Under the pieces are notes generated by a model that saw only the letters and a list, made by a program, of their open reading frames with translations, was not told the origin of the DNA and did no database searches. The position numbers were made by a program, and so were the translations under genes. Source: Eledone cirrhosa (Eukaryota). From it: DNA of 64,000 bases. Positions 1-9,200 of this stretch are shown in pieces. Position 1 is the stretch's first letter, and every line of letters starts with the position of its first letter. Location: NCBI GenBank assembly GCA_964016885.1, contig OZ024761.1, positions 15,128,001 to 15,192,000 of the forward strand, in the 5' to 3' direction.

Positions 1-309
1 TCTAATAATAAAATAGCTTGAAATGTGTTTATTTTCACTCCGTATTTGTTGGTCTGTAGGTGGCCGTGTGGGTAGTTGTGGTGTATCTATGCATCAATTC
101 AGTGTGTATAGATTTGGAGATAGGGTTTCGGTCTTCTACTTTATCTTAAATATAAAACATTTTTATTTTTTTTATTTTAAAGATTGGTCTCTATCTTCTG
201 GGCTACCCGGGGCCACGATCGTCTCGAAGCCACCCTTCTAGTTCCCCCTCCGCTCGAACCTACACTACCACCACTTTACCAGACGCCCGCCAAGCGGCCG
301 TAATTCTAC
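1..309 (+). mobile_element. Putative non-autonomous Helitron-like element (one per unit)
   Basis: It starts TC-TAATAATAAAA, followed by a GT-rich low-complexity stretch. It ends with a GC-rich hairpin ACG-C-CCGC CAA GCGG-C-CGT (283-301), then AATT-CTAC|T (CTAC at 306-309). This fits the Helitron 5'-TC / 3'-hairpin-CTRR layout except for CTAC instead of CTAG. The internal duplication homology starts just after it (~330). Confidence 0.4.
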
Positions 310-329
310 TGTGCAAATTTCATATATTT

Positions 330-2580
330 AAATCTATTTTAGCATTTCTTTAATAAAGAACCACATACGATGTTTGACATAATTGAAAAGAGAAAAATAT
401 TCTTTTACTATTTCATAAGCTCTGGCAGGTATCGAACACCTCATATTTTACTTACGTCCAAAACGCAAACATGTATATATAATAATAATTTTTTGATAAC
501 TTTACAGTGAGAAAATACATTTATCGATAGGGTTTCCAATCTCAGAAATATCTCCACTAGAGATGTGTGTGTGTGTATATATCTTTATTATTCCTTTGAA
601 AAGTAGTTTTAATTAAACATTTTTATATATTTCACTATTTCCAAAGTCCTGGCAGATATTGCAACTCCATCTGTAGATTCATGTAAATACATTGTATTTG
701 ACTTACATGAAATTAAATATATAATTTGTTTTTAAATTTTGTTTTCAAGTACCAAAATATAAACAAATTAGTCAGGTTTTCAGTCTCTTAAATGCATGGT
801 TGTTATAGATACTTAACTGTTGTTGTAGGGCTGTCGTATTTACCGTCATGTGTACATTTAAATCTGACTGAGTCAATCCTCCCATCCGCCTGGTCTAAAA
901 ACAGCCTATTTATTTTACAGGAGAGAAAGCGAGATACCTTTCTTATGCCTTTAAACGTTAATTTTGCACTTGATTTAAAATTCTTTTTCCTTCCCTTTAG
1001 ATTGAATAAACAAAAATATTTTATGTCTACACTTATATTCAACATAACTCATGTCAGTCTTCACAAGTTTTTGCTACATCTGATTCAAGCTGTTATGGCT
1101 TTGGGAGGAAAGTAATCACAAAGTAAAGTATCCAGCTAAGAATGTATTCCGTAGTACGTGTCATAAGAAAGATTTGTAGTTCTAAGAAACCTAACAAATA
1201 TATTTCAAATTTATCGGCAATTAAACAAAACTTAAAAATAAGCAATACTAAAGCCACAAACGTTTTTCTATCTACGTCTCTCCTGAAGAAAAAACAAAAA
1301 CAAAACCGCTCGAATTATTACGAGGAGTGTAAACAGAAGAATATAGCTAATAAACAATTAATTTATGTATATGCATGTATGTATTGTGTGTAAACATACT
1401 GTAAGACAGACAGGCTCTAAGGAAAACATAACATTACCGGTTCTGAACACACTTCAGAGTCATACTAACTAAATTTATTTTAGCATTTCTTTAATAAAGA
1501 ACAACTCATGGTATTTGACATAAATGAAAAAAAAAAAAAAAAAAAAATTGTTTTACTATTTCATAAGCTCTGGCAGATATTGAAATCCTATCTCTAGATT
1601 CGTTTAAATACATTATCTTGGACTTACTTGAATTTAAAACTGATGAAATTATTTAAAAAACTTTTGTACCAAAATAAAAATACACTATAAAGGTTTTTAG
1701 TCTCATAAATGCGTGGTGGTTATAGACATTTAACTGTTGTTGTAGGGGTGCCGTAATTACCGTCTTGTGGGCATTTAAACCTGACAGATCAATCGTCCCC
1801 TCCTCCAGGTCTAAAAACAGCTGATTTATTTTGCCAGAGAGAAAGAGAAATACTTTTCTCGTCTTTAAACGTTAATTTTGCACTTTACTTATAATTCCTT
1901 TTTCTTCTGTTATGTTGAATATAATTGTTGAGGTTTGTTCAATCTAACTCATATTAATCTCCACAGTCAAGTACCTGTTTTTACTATGTCTGCTTCAAGC
2001 TGTGAGAGGTGGGATAAGGCAGTACAACCCAAAATAAAATGTCAATTTAAGGATTCACTCGTAGAAAGTGTCAAAAGAAGGGACACTGATATAAGGTTTG
2101 TAGGCCTAAGCAACCTAAGAAATAGATTTTAAAGTTATCGGCAGTTAAACAAAACTTATAAATAGGCAATAATTTAGACAATTCAGTAGACCACTTAACT
2201 TTATTAATAATCAGAAAACAAGGCCACTTATTGACAATAGACCAGACAAAACATTTAACAAGAATTACTACAACGGTGGTGCGAGAAGATCGTGGTTTCT
2301 AAATCAGAGAATGTTTCTTTAACAAACACAAGCATATAAAAAGTAGAGGGGATATTGACAGTGCATAGAACTAGGAAATAACTTCTATCAAATAGATTTT
2401 CTAGTGGCTAGGAACTTAGTAGCTCCAGTTATTGCGTTACACATGTTCAGTAAGTATTTTTCTATTGAAATCAAACTTAAACGTATACTAAAGGCACAGA
2501 CGTTTTCATATATATGTTTCATCTAAAGTCAAAAACGTAAGAATTATTACAAGCAGTGTAAACACGAATTAAAGCTAATA
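330..2580 (+). repeat. Diverged internal direct duplication within each unit (copies A ~330-440, B ~633-1365, C ~1470-2580)
   Basis: TATTTTAGCATTTCTTTAATAAAGAAC occurs at ~335 and ~1476. CTATTTC..AAG..CTGGCAG occurs at ~408, ~635 and ~1556. B and C align continuously (TTAACTGTTGTTGTAGGG, GGTCTAAAAACAGC, TTTAAACGTTAATTTTGCACTT, TTATCGGCA.TTAAACAAAACTTA, GAATTATTAC..G.AGTGTAAACA). C carries an extra ~310 bp (~2171-2483) relative to B. Confidence 0.93.
844..894 (-). other. Putative 51-nt symmetric (phase 1-1) exon, copy B
   Basis: Minus strand reads CTGTTTTTAG|ACCAGGCGG...CATGACG|GTAAAT and translates (D)QADGRIDSVRFKCTHD with no stop. Both splice signals are conserved in paralogous copy C. Confidence 0.4.
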
Positions 2581-2723
2581 CATGTACCAAGAAGGCTACC
2601 TCAAGATTTGCAATTCATTCAAGAAGAAATCAAACTTATGCATATGTCGACGACATAATTATGGCTAGAGAGGACATGAAGAATCTACAACTAGGTGGAA
2701 GACAAGAGAAACGACCATACTAC
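1628..2723 (-). pseudogene. Putative degenerate micro-exon gene, copy C (exons from 2723, ~2114, 1999-1975, 1810-1761, 1639-1628)
   Basis: Minus-strand splice signals: ATTTCAG|GTAGTATGG (2723); TTTCTTAG|G (2114); ACAG|CTTGAAGCAGACATAGTAAAAACAG|GTACTT (25 nt); GTTTTTAG|...CAAGACG|GTAATT (50 nt here, 51 nt in unit 4); TTTCATCAG|TTTTAAATTCAA|GTAAGT (12 nt). The upstream exons contain stops or frameshifts, so this is a pseudogene or a non-coding transcript. No family was recognised. Confidence 0.33.
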
Positions 2724-2974
2724 CTGAAATATTATAAATTATGATAGTAAATATTTCTTATACTGTCATGTTTTTTCTTTAAAACGTTTGCATCTCAATA
2801 AAGTGGAGAAAACTATTATATACTGTTGTTATATCATTATACTTTAGTTTAAACTTATTTCTATCTCTTCACATTAGAAAGAATAAAAACTTAGTAAAAT
2901 CCTATATGTGTATAAATATAATATATGTCAGTGTGTTTGTAAGTATATAATAATAATATGCATGTTGACAAAGA

Positions 2975-3235
2975 GTTGTAAAAACCAAGCAAGTCAACCT
3001 ACAGTTCTACACTAACAGAGACGGCATAGAAAACGTTACCTCTTACAAGCGAATGCGAAAAGAGATTGTTTCAAAAATACCGGTGTAACACTAAATATAT
3101 TACCGGTGCAACTATTTCAGTTTACCCTTTTATAAACTCACTCCAGTCATTTCAAATCGTGTTCAGAGTACCGGCAGTAAGAAAAAAATAAAGCGTTTGC
3201 GAAGTTTCTAAATCTGCTAAAAATGACAGCTAAAT
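2975..3235 (-). promoter_or_regulatory. Module M1: putative core promoter + ~53-nt first exon + splice donor (minus strand)
   Basis: Reverse complement reads ...TCTGAACACGATTTGAAATGACTGG...CTGAAATAGTTGCACCGGTAATATATTTAGTGTTACACCGGTAT...GTAAGAG|GTAACG. It has an Inr-like TTAGT (A at 3092) and a donor after 3040, and is homologous to M2 and M3. Homology is seen directly; function is inferred. Confidence 0.45.
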
Positions 3236-3279
3236 CTCTCACTCTGTCTCCAATGTGTAATAAACCGTGACTCATAGAA

Positions 3280-3440
3280 ATATATATATTTGTATGTATG
3301 TGTGTATAAATATATATGTATATACCTAAGAATGTACACACACACACACACACACATGTCTATGTATATATATATATATGTATACATACATGCATATATA
3401 TATATATATGTATATATATGTATACATATCTACATACATG

Positions 3441-3471
<31 letters not shown>

Positions 3472-3560
3472 GTGTCTCTCTCTCTCTATATATATATATA
3501 TATGTACATATATGTGTAAATATGTATATATATTAGTGTATATATATTGCAATGTATATG
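3280..3560. repeat. Compound (TA)n/(CA)n/(CT)n microsatellite block left of the palindrome
   Basis: Runs of TA, CA and CT dinucleotides whose lengths vary between units. Confidence 0.97.
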
Positions 3561-3606
3561 CATACTCGTATAATTATACTCTATATTATTAGTCGATATA
3601 TCCATA

Positions 3607-3690
3607 TACAATTACCCCTCCCCCGGCATTCGTGGGGTTTACAGTCCTAGAGAACCCGAGAACAGTGAAAAACCGCGAATATTGTAGGTG
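3607..3690 (+). mobile_element. pogo/Tigger-like (Tc1-mariner superfamily) TIR-containing MITE fragment
   Basis: TA-CAATTACCCCTCCCCCGGCATTCGTGGGGTTTACAGTCCTAGAGAACCCGAGAACAGTGAAAAACCGCGAATA resembles MER2/Tigger-type termini (TA|CAGT..CCC..TCCGYGGGG..GTTCC..GACCCC..GAAA.CCRCGGAT). The element may extend to ~3840; no right TIR was seen. Confidence 0.5.
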
Positions 3691-3869
3691 GTCCATAGAA
3701 ATGCCTATAAACCTCAAAATACAACGTAAAATATAATAAAATTCGAGTGAGCGTCTTATGCGTCCAATAGGCCAACAAATACAATATATTGTTGTTAATA
3801 ATCTAGCGTTAAAACAATATATATTGTCACAAAAAAGGCATATATATACATATATTGTTTTGACTGCTA

Positions 3870-4216
3870 TTTCTAGCATACACTAGAAAAAACCGGAAGT
3901 GGAGAAAATTGAAAAACTTCTTCTTTTTCCCCCCTCTAACTTTTCAAACAAAAGAAAATTTTATGTAAACAAAAACCAAATTTTTGCCAAGAAAGATAAC
4001 TCTTCTCTGACTTAAATCCAAAATTGGGATACAAAAAATTGCGGAATTTATTTTGTATCCCAATTTTGGATTTAAGTCAGAGAAGAGTTATCTTTCTTGG
4101 CAAAAATTTCGTTTTTGTTTACATAAAATTTCCTTTTGTTTGAAAAGTTAGAGGAGGGAAAAAGAAGAAGTTTTTCAATTTTCTACCCTTCCGGTTTTTC
4201 TTTTTTATGCTAGAAA
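3870..4216. repeat. ~347-bp near-perfect palindrome (long hairpin), unit 1
   Basis: TTTCTAGCATA...CCAAAATTGGGATACAAAA AATT GCGG AATT TA TTTTGTATCCCAATTTTGG...TATGCTAGAAA. About 5 mismatches over the inner ~150 bp of each arm, with ~59 bp perfect next to the loop. Confidence 0.98.
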
Positions 4217-4229
4217 GAACAGTGAAAGT

Positions 4230-4248
4230 AATATATATGTATATACAT

Positions 4249-4317
<69 letters not shown>

Positions 4318-4565
4318 CAGTAAACCCCCATATTCGCGGAATATTCCTTAGAACCTAAGTAATAATTATATATATATATAGAGAGAGAAAGAAGTAAACA
4401 CACAGATATATATATATATACACACATATATATCTATATATGTGTGTATGTATACATATGTTTATGTATATATATAAGTATTTATATGTATATATACATT
4501 TATACATATATATATATACATACACACACACATATTTATATGTACACACACACACATATATACTG
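4230..4565. repeat. Compound (CA)n(TA)n(GA)n microsatellite block right of the palindrome
   Basis: Dinucleotide runs of variable length between units, interrupted by a TIR-like fragment at 4318-4355. Confidence 0.97.
4318..4355 (+). mobile_element. Second short pogo/Tigger-like TIR fragment
   Basis: CAGTAAACCCCCATATTCGCGGAATATTCCTTAGAACC is similar to, and in the same orientation as, the fragment at 3607. Confidence 0.4.
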
Positions 4566-4684
4566 TGCCAATCTATTGAGTACATTGTATTTATTGTGGT
4601 TTCTCTCCGACGCGACCTGTGAATCTACACACACATATATTAGAAGATGTAAGACGAGTCGCACCCAAAGTATGACATTTGGGT

Positions 4685-4995
4685 GCTGTTTCTAGCAGGT
4701 TTAGAATTTACTATTTTCCAAACAGAATTCTGTTTTACACCCCTCACTCTGAACCCGATTTCAAATTACCGGGTAGTTTGTTGAAGCACGGTTCAACTGA
4801 AATATCTACACCGGTAACTTAATTAGTGTTACACCGGTATACCTGAGGCATAAACTATTTGGCATTCTTCGAAGGAGGTACTGGTTTTTTCGCTGTCTTA
4901 AATGGAGTATATACGCACACACATAAATTAATGTTTATCTCTGTACAAAGAGATTAACATCATTTCTTAAATTATTACTTAGGGTTTTACAACAA
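4685..4995 (+). promoter_or_regulatory. Module M2: putative core promoter + ~53-nt first exon + splice donor (plus strand)
   Basis: CTCTGAACCCGATTTCAAATTACCGGG...CTGAAATATCTACACCGGTAACTTAATTAGTGTTACACCGGTAT...GAAGGAG|GTACTG. TTAGT has its A at 4825 and the donor GT is at 4878. It is an inverted homologue of M1. Confidence 0.4.
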
Positions 4996-5349
4996 AACGT
5001 ATTGTATGTGTAATTATACATACATTGAATTTAAGTATTTATTTTTTAATTTTACATACATTTTAGTAGTATATATGTATATATTCATTTGTGAGTGCGT
5101 TAATTTCGTGGGTAACTGCAGTTAACGTTCGTCTCGTGTTAAAGTGACTGTAGAATGTGAATAAAAAAGTAAGAAAGATCGAAAACACTGTTGCTGTATA
5201 TATATATAAATTTTATTGGCACATTAAAATTGTTTCAATATTGATAGTTCGGAGTACAATCATAATATGTATATATTTTTCACATGAAATCAATATTCAA
5301 ACTGACCCCAGTGTGTTTATTTTAAAGCGACGAAATTCTACCTCCCAGG

Positions 5350-5537
5350 GATTTGAACACAGTTTCATGTTACTGGGTGGTACGATGAAGCAGAGAGAGA
5401 GTATAAAATCGCTACACTGGTGGCATATTTAGTGTTTCACCGGTTTTCTTATAACAACACACTGGATACGACGTGCATGAGAGAGGTAAAGTTTTATTTG
5501 TCTTCCGTGTTAGAGTATAACTGTAGTTTGACTTGTT
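5350..5537 (+). promoter_or_regulatory. Module M3: putative core promoter + ~55-nt first exon + splice donor (plus strand)
   Basis: TGAACACAGTTTCATGTTACTGGGTGG...GTATAAAATCGCTACACTGGTGGCATATTTAGTGTTTCACCGGTT...GAGAGAG|GTAAAG...TGTTAGAGTATAACTGTAGTTTGACTTG. TATAAAA at 5402 lies 29 nt before the A of TTAGT (5431), and the donor GT is at 5486. It is homologous to M1 and M2. Confidence 0.45.
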
Positions 5538-6004
5538 AAATTTATAGTATATGTTTGTTATATATATTCTTAACTATGCAACGATAGCATCTCAGTCACT
5601 AATTTCATCTCTTTGGAGGTTACTGCTCTGATGTCATCTCTTCCACTAAGACACTCTCCATAGCCTTGCCTCTCCTCGTAACATCACCCAAAGTTGTATC
5701 AATCTCCACAAAGCCAACACTTCTCATTATCTCTAAGAAAGCCACCTTAAGCAAGTGTTTCGACGTGTGTGTGTGTGTGTAGAATAAACGCAAGGTTTGA
5801 CGGAACAAGAAAATAAAAAATATTCCTTCTAATATATATATCTTGTACATTGTATTATATTAAGGTGTTTCTGTAAATTAAAAACAATGAAAGTGACACC
5901 TAAATTTAACGTCACTTTGATATTAACAGACATTCTTCATCTTCATAGTAAGTTCAATCAAGGGTTTACTACTTAGTGTATTTATGTGTCTTTGTCTCAT
6001 CTCC

Positions 6005-6131
6005 AAATAAAGTGTTAAATGGTATGGCAACGTGTTGAAGTGAATGACGCTTATTTATATGCTGACTGTGTTACGACTAGAAAGAGAAAAATAAAGCTTT
6101 AAATGGTATGACTACGTGTTCAAATCAATCA
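6005..6131 (+). repeat. Pair of ~43-bp imperfect direct repeats 84 bp apart
   Basis: AAATAAAGTGTTAAATGGTATGGCAACGTGTTGAAGTGAATGA (6005) versus AAATAAAGCTTTAAATGGTATGACTACGTGTTCAAATCAATCA (6089). Confidence 0.8.
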
Positions 6132-6164
6132 AATTCCTTACAGTGTGAGGATAAAAAAGTTAAT

Positions 6165-6234
6165 GTTTTAAGTTGATTCGAAATCCAACCACGGCATTCC
6201 CCAGTCCTATGTCTTACCACTAGACTATAAAGAC
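6165..6234 (-). pseudogene. Decayed tRNA-like sequence (tRNA pseudogene or SINE head), one per unit
   Basis: Minus strand reads GTCTTTA TA GTCT AGTGGTA AGAC ATAGGACTGGGGAATGCCGTG GTTGG ATTTCGAA TCAAC TTAAAAC. It has an A-box-like TAGTCTAGTGG with a perfect D-stem (GTCT/AGAC) and a B-box-like TTCGAATC in a T-like stem. The anticodon arm does not pair. Confidence 0.45.
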
Positions 6235-9200
6235 TTAAGTGATTTTCTTTTGAATATTTACATATATAAACTTATTTTTAGTCTAATAATAAAATAGCTT
6301 TAAATGTGTTTATTTTCACTCCGTATTTGTTGGTCTGTAGGTGGCCGTGTGGGTAGTTGTGGTGTATCTATGCATCAATTCAGTGTGTATAGATTTGGAG
6401 ATAGGGGTTCGGTCTTCTACTTTATCTTAAATATAAAACATTTTTATTTTTTTTATTTTAAAGATTGGTCTCTATCTTCTGGGCTACCCGGGGCCACGAT
6501 CGTCTCGAAGCCACCCTTCTAGTTCCCCCTCCGCTCGAACCTACACTACCACCACTTTACCAGACGCCCGCCAAGCGGCCGTAATTCTACTGTGCAAATT
6601 TCATATATTTAAATCTATTTTAGCATTTCTTTAATAAAGAACCACATACGATGTTTGACATAATTGAAAAGAGAAAAATATTCTTTTACTATTTCATAAG
6701 CTCTGGCAGGTATCGAACACCTCATATTTTACTTACGTCCAAAACGCAAACATGTATATATAATAATAATTTTTTGATAACTTTACAGTGAGAAAATACA
6801 TTTATCGATAGGGTTTCCAATCTCAGAAATATCTCCACTAGAGATGTGTGTGTGTGTATATATCTTTATTATTCCTTTGAAAAGTAGTTTTAATTAAACA
6901 TTTTTATATATTTCACTATTTCCAAAGTCCTGGCAGATATTGCAACTCCATCTGTAGATTCATGTAAATACATTGTATTTGACTTACATGAAATTAAATA
7001 TATAATTTGTTTTTAAATTTTGTTTTCAAGTACCAAAATATAAACAAATTAGTCAGGTTTTCAGTCTCTTAAATGCATGGTTGTTATAGATACTTAACTG
7101 TTGTTGTAGGGCTGTCGTATTTACCGTCATGTGTACATTTAAATCTGACTGAGTCAATCCTCCCATCCTCCTGGTCTAAAAACAGCCTATTTATTTTACA
7201 GGAGAGAAAGCGAGATACCTTTCTTATGCCTTTAAACGTTAATTTTGCACTTGACTTAAAATTCTTTTTCCTTCCCTTTAGATTGAATAAACAAAAATAT
7301 TTTACGTCTACACTTATATTCAACATAACTCATGTCAGTCTTCACAAGTTTTTGCTACATCTGATTCAAGCTGTTATGGCTTTGGGAGGAAAGTAATCAC
7401 AAAGTAAAGTATCCAGCTAAGAATGTATTCCGTAGTACGTGTCATAAGAAAGATTTGTAGTTCTAAGAAACCTAACAAATATATTTCAAATTTATCGGCA
7501 ATTAAACAAAACTTAAAAATAAGCAATACTAAAGCCACAAACGTTTTTCTATCTACGTCTCTCCTGAAGAAAAAACAAAAACAAAACCGCTCGAATTATT
7601 ACGAGGAGTGTAAACAGAAGAATATAGCTAATAAACAATTAATTTATGTATATGCATGTATGTATTGTGTGTAAACATACTGTAAGACAGACAGGCTCTA
7701 AGGAAAACATAACATTACCGGTTCTGAACACACTTCAGAGTCATACTAACTAAATTTATTTTAGCATTTCTTTAATAAAGAACAACTCATGGTATTTGAC
7801 ATAAATGAAAAAAAAAAAAAATTGTTTTACTATTTCATAAGCTCTGGCAGATATTGAAATCCTATCTCTAGATTCGTTTAAATACATTATCTTGGACTTA
7901 CTTGAATTTAAAACTGATGAAATTATTTAAAAAACTTTTGTACCAAAATAAAAATACACTATAAAGGTTTTTAGTCTCATAAATGCGTGGTGGTTATAGA
8001 CATTTAACTGTTGTTGTAGGGGTGCCGTAATTACCGTCTTGTGGGCATTTAAACCTGACAGATCAATCGTCCCCTCCTCCAGGTCTAAAAACAGCTGATT
8101 TATTTTGCCAGAGAGAAAGAGAAATACTTTTCTCGTCTTTAAACGTTAATTTTGCACTTTACTTATAATTCCTTTTTCTTCTGTTATGTTGAATATAATT
8201 GTTGAGGTTTGTTCAATCTAACTCATATTAATCTCCACAGTCAAGTACCTGTTTTTACTATGTCTGCTTCAAGCTGTGAGAGGTGGGATAAGGCAGTACA
8301 ACCCAAAATAAAATGTCAATTTAAGGATTCACTCGTAGAAAGTGTCAAAAGAAGGGACACTGATATAAGGTTTGTAGGCCTAAGCAACCTAAGAAATAGA
8401 TTTTAAAGTTATCGGCAGTTAAACAAAACTTATAAATAGGCAATAATTTAGACAATTCAGTAGACCACTTAACTTTATTAATAATCAGAAAACAAGGCCA
8501 CTTATTGACAATAGACCAGACAAAACATTTAACAAGAATTACTACAACGGTGGTGCGAGAAGATCGTGGTTTCTAAATCAGAGAATGTTTCTTTAACAAA
8601 CACAAGCATATAAAAAGTAGAGGGGATATTGACAGTGCATAGAACTAGGAAATAACTTCTATCAAATAGATTTTCTAGTGGCTAGGAACTTAGTAGCTCC
8701 AGTTATAATTGCGTTACACATGTTCAGTAAGTATTTTTCTATTGAAATCAAACTTAAAGGTATACTAAAGGCACAGACGTTTTCATATATATGTTTCATC
8801 TAAAGTCAAAAACGTAAGAATTATTACAAGCAGTGTAAACACGAATTAAAGCTAATACATGTACCAAGAAGGCTACCTCAAGATTTGCAATTCATTCAAG
8901 AAGAAATCAAACTTATGCATATGTCGACGACATAATTATGGCTAGAGAGGACATGAAGAATCTACAACTAGGTGGAAGACAAGAGAAACGACCATACTAC
9001 CTGAAATATTATAAATTATGATAGTAAATATTTCTTATACTGTCATGTTTTTTCTTTAAAACGTTTGCATCTCAATAAAGTGGAGAAAACTATTATATAC
9101 TGTTGTTATATCATTATACTTTAGTTTAAACTTATTTCTATCTCTTCACATTAGAAAGAATAAAAACTTAGTAAAATCCTATATGTGTATAAATATAATA

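Noticed and set aside
792-1115. 107-aa plus-strand ORF intact in all ten units (and the overlapping 80-aa minus ORF)
   Set aside because: Conservation is expected from near-identical units. The paralogous copy C is not open and no domain was recognised. Only the 51-nt splice-bounded part of the minus frame is retained as a candidate exon.
3147-4695. Many 60-136-aa ORFs rich in Y/I/C/V/H/T (recurring in every unit)
   Set aside because: They are translations of (TA)n/(CA)n/(GA)n microsatellites; frames and lengths change between units.
4825-4900. Modules M1-M3 as spliced-leader RNA genes (short exon + donor in a tandem array)
   Set aside because: The exon sequences are too divergent from one another, there is no conserved Sm site (RAU4-6GR) after the donor, and SL trans-splicing is not established in molluscs.
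5344-5362. Minus-strand GTTCAAATCCC B-box-like motif
   Set aside because: There is no matching A-box or SINE body, and the sequence is accounted for by homology to the TGAAC motif at the start of modules M1/M2.
5890-5918. 8-bp stem AAAGTGAC...GTCACTTT
   Set aside because: It is short and AT-rich with a 13-nt loop, which is plausible by chance and has no supporting context.
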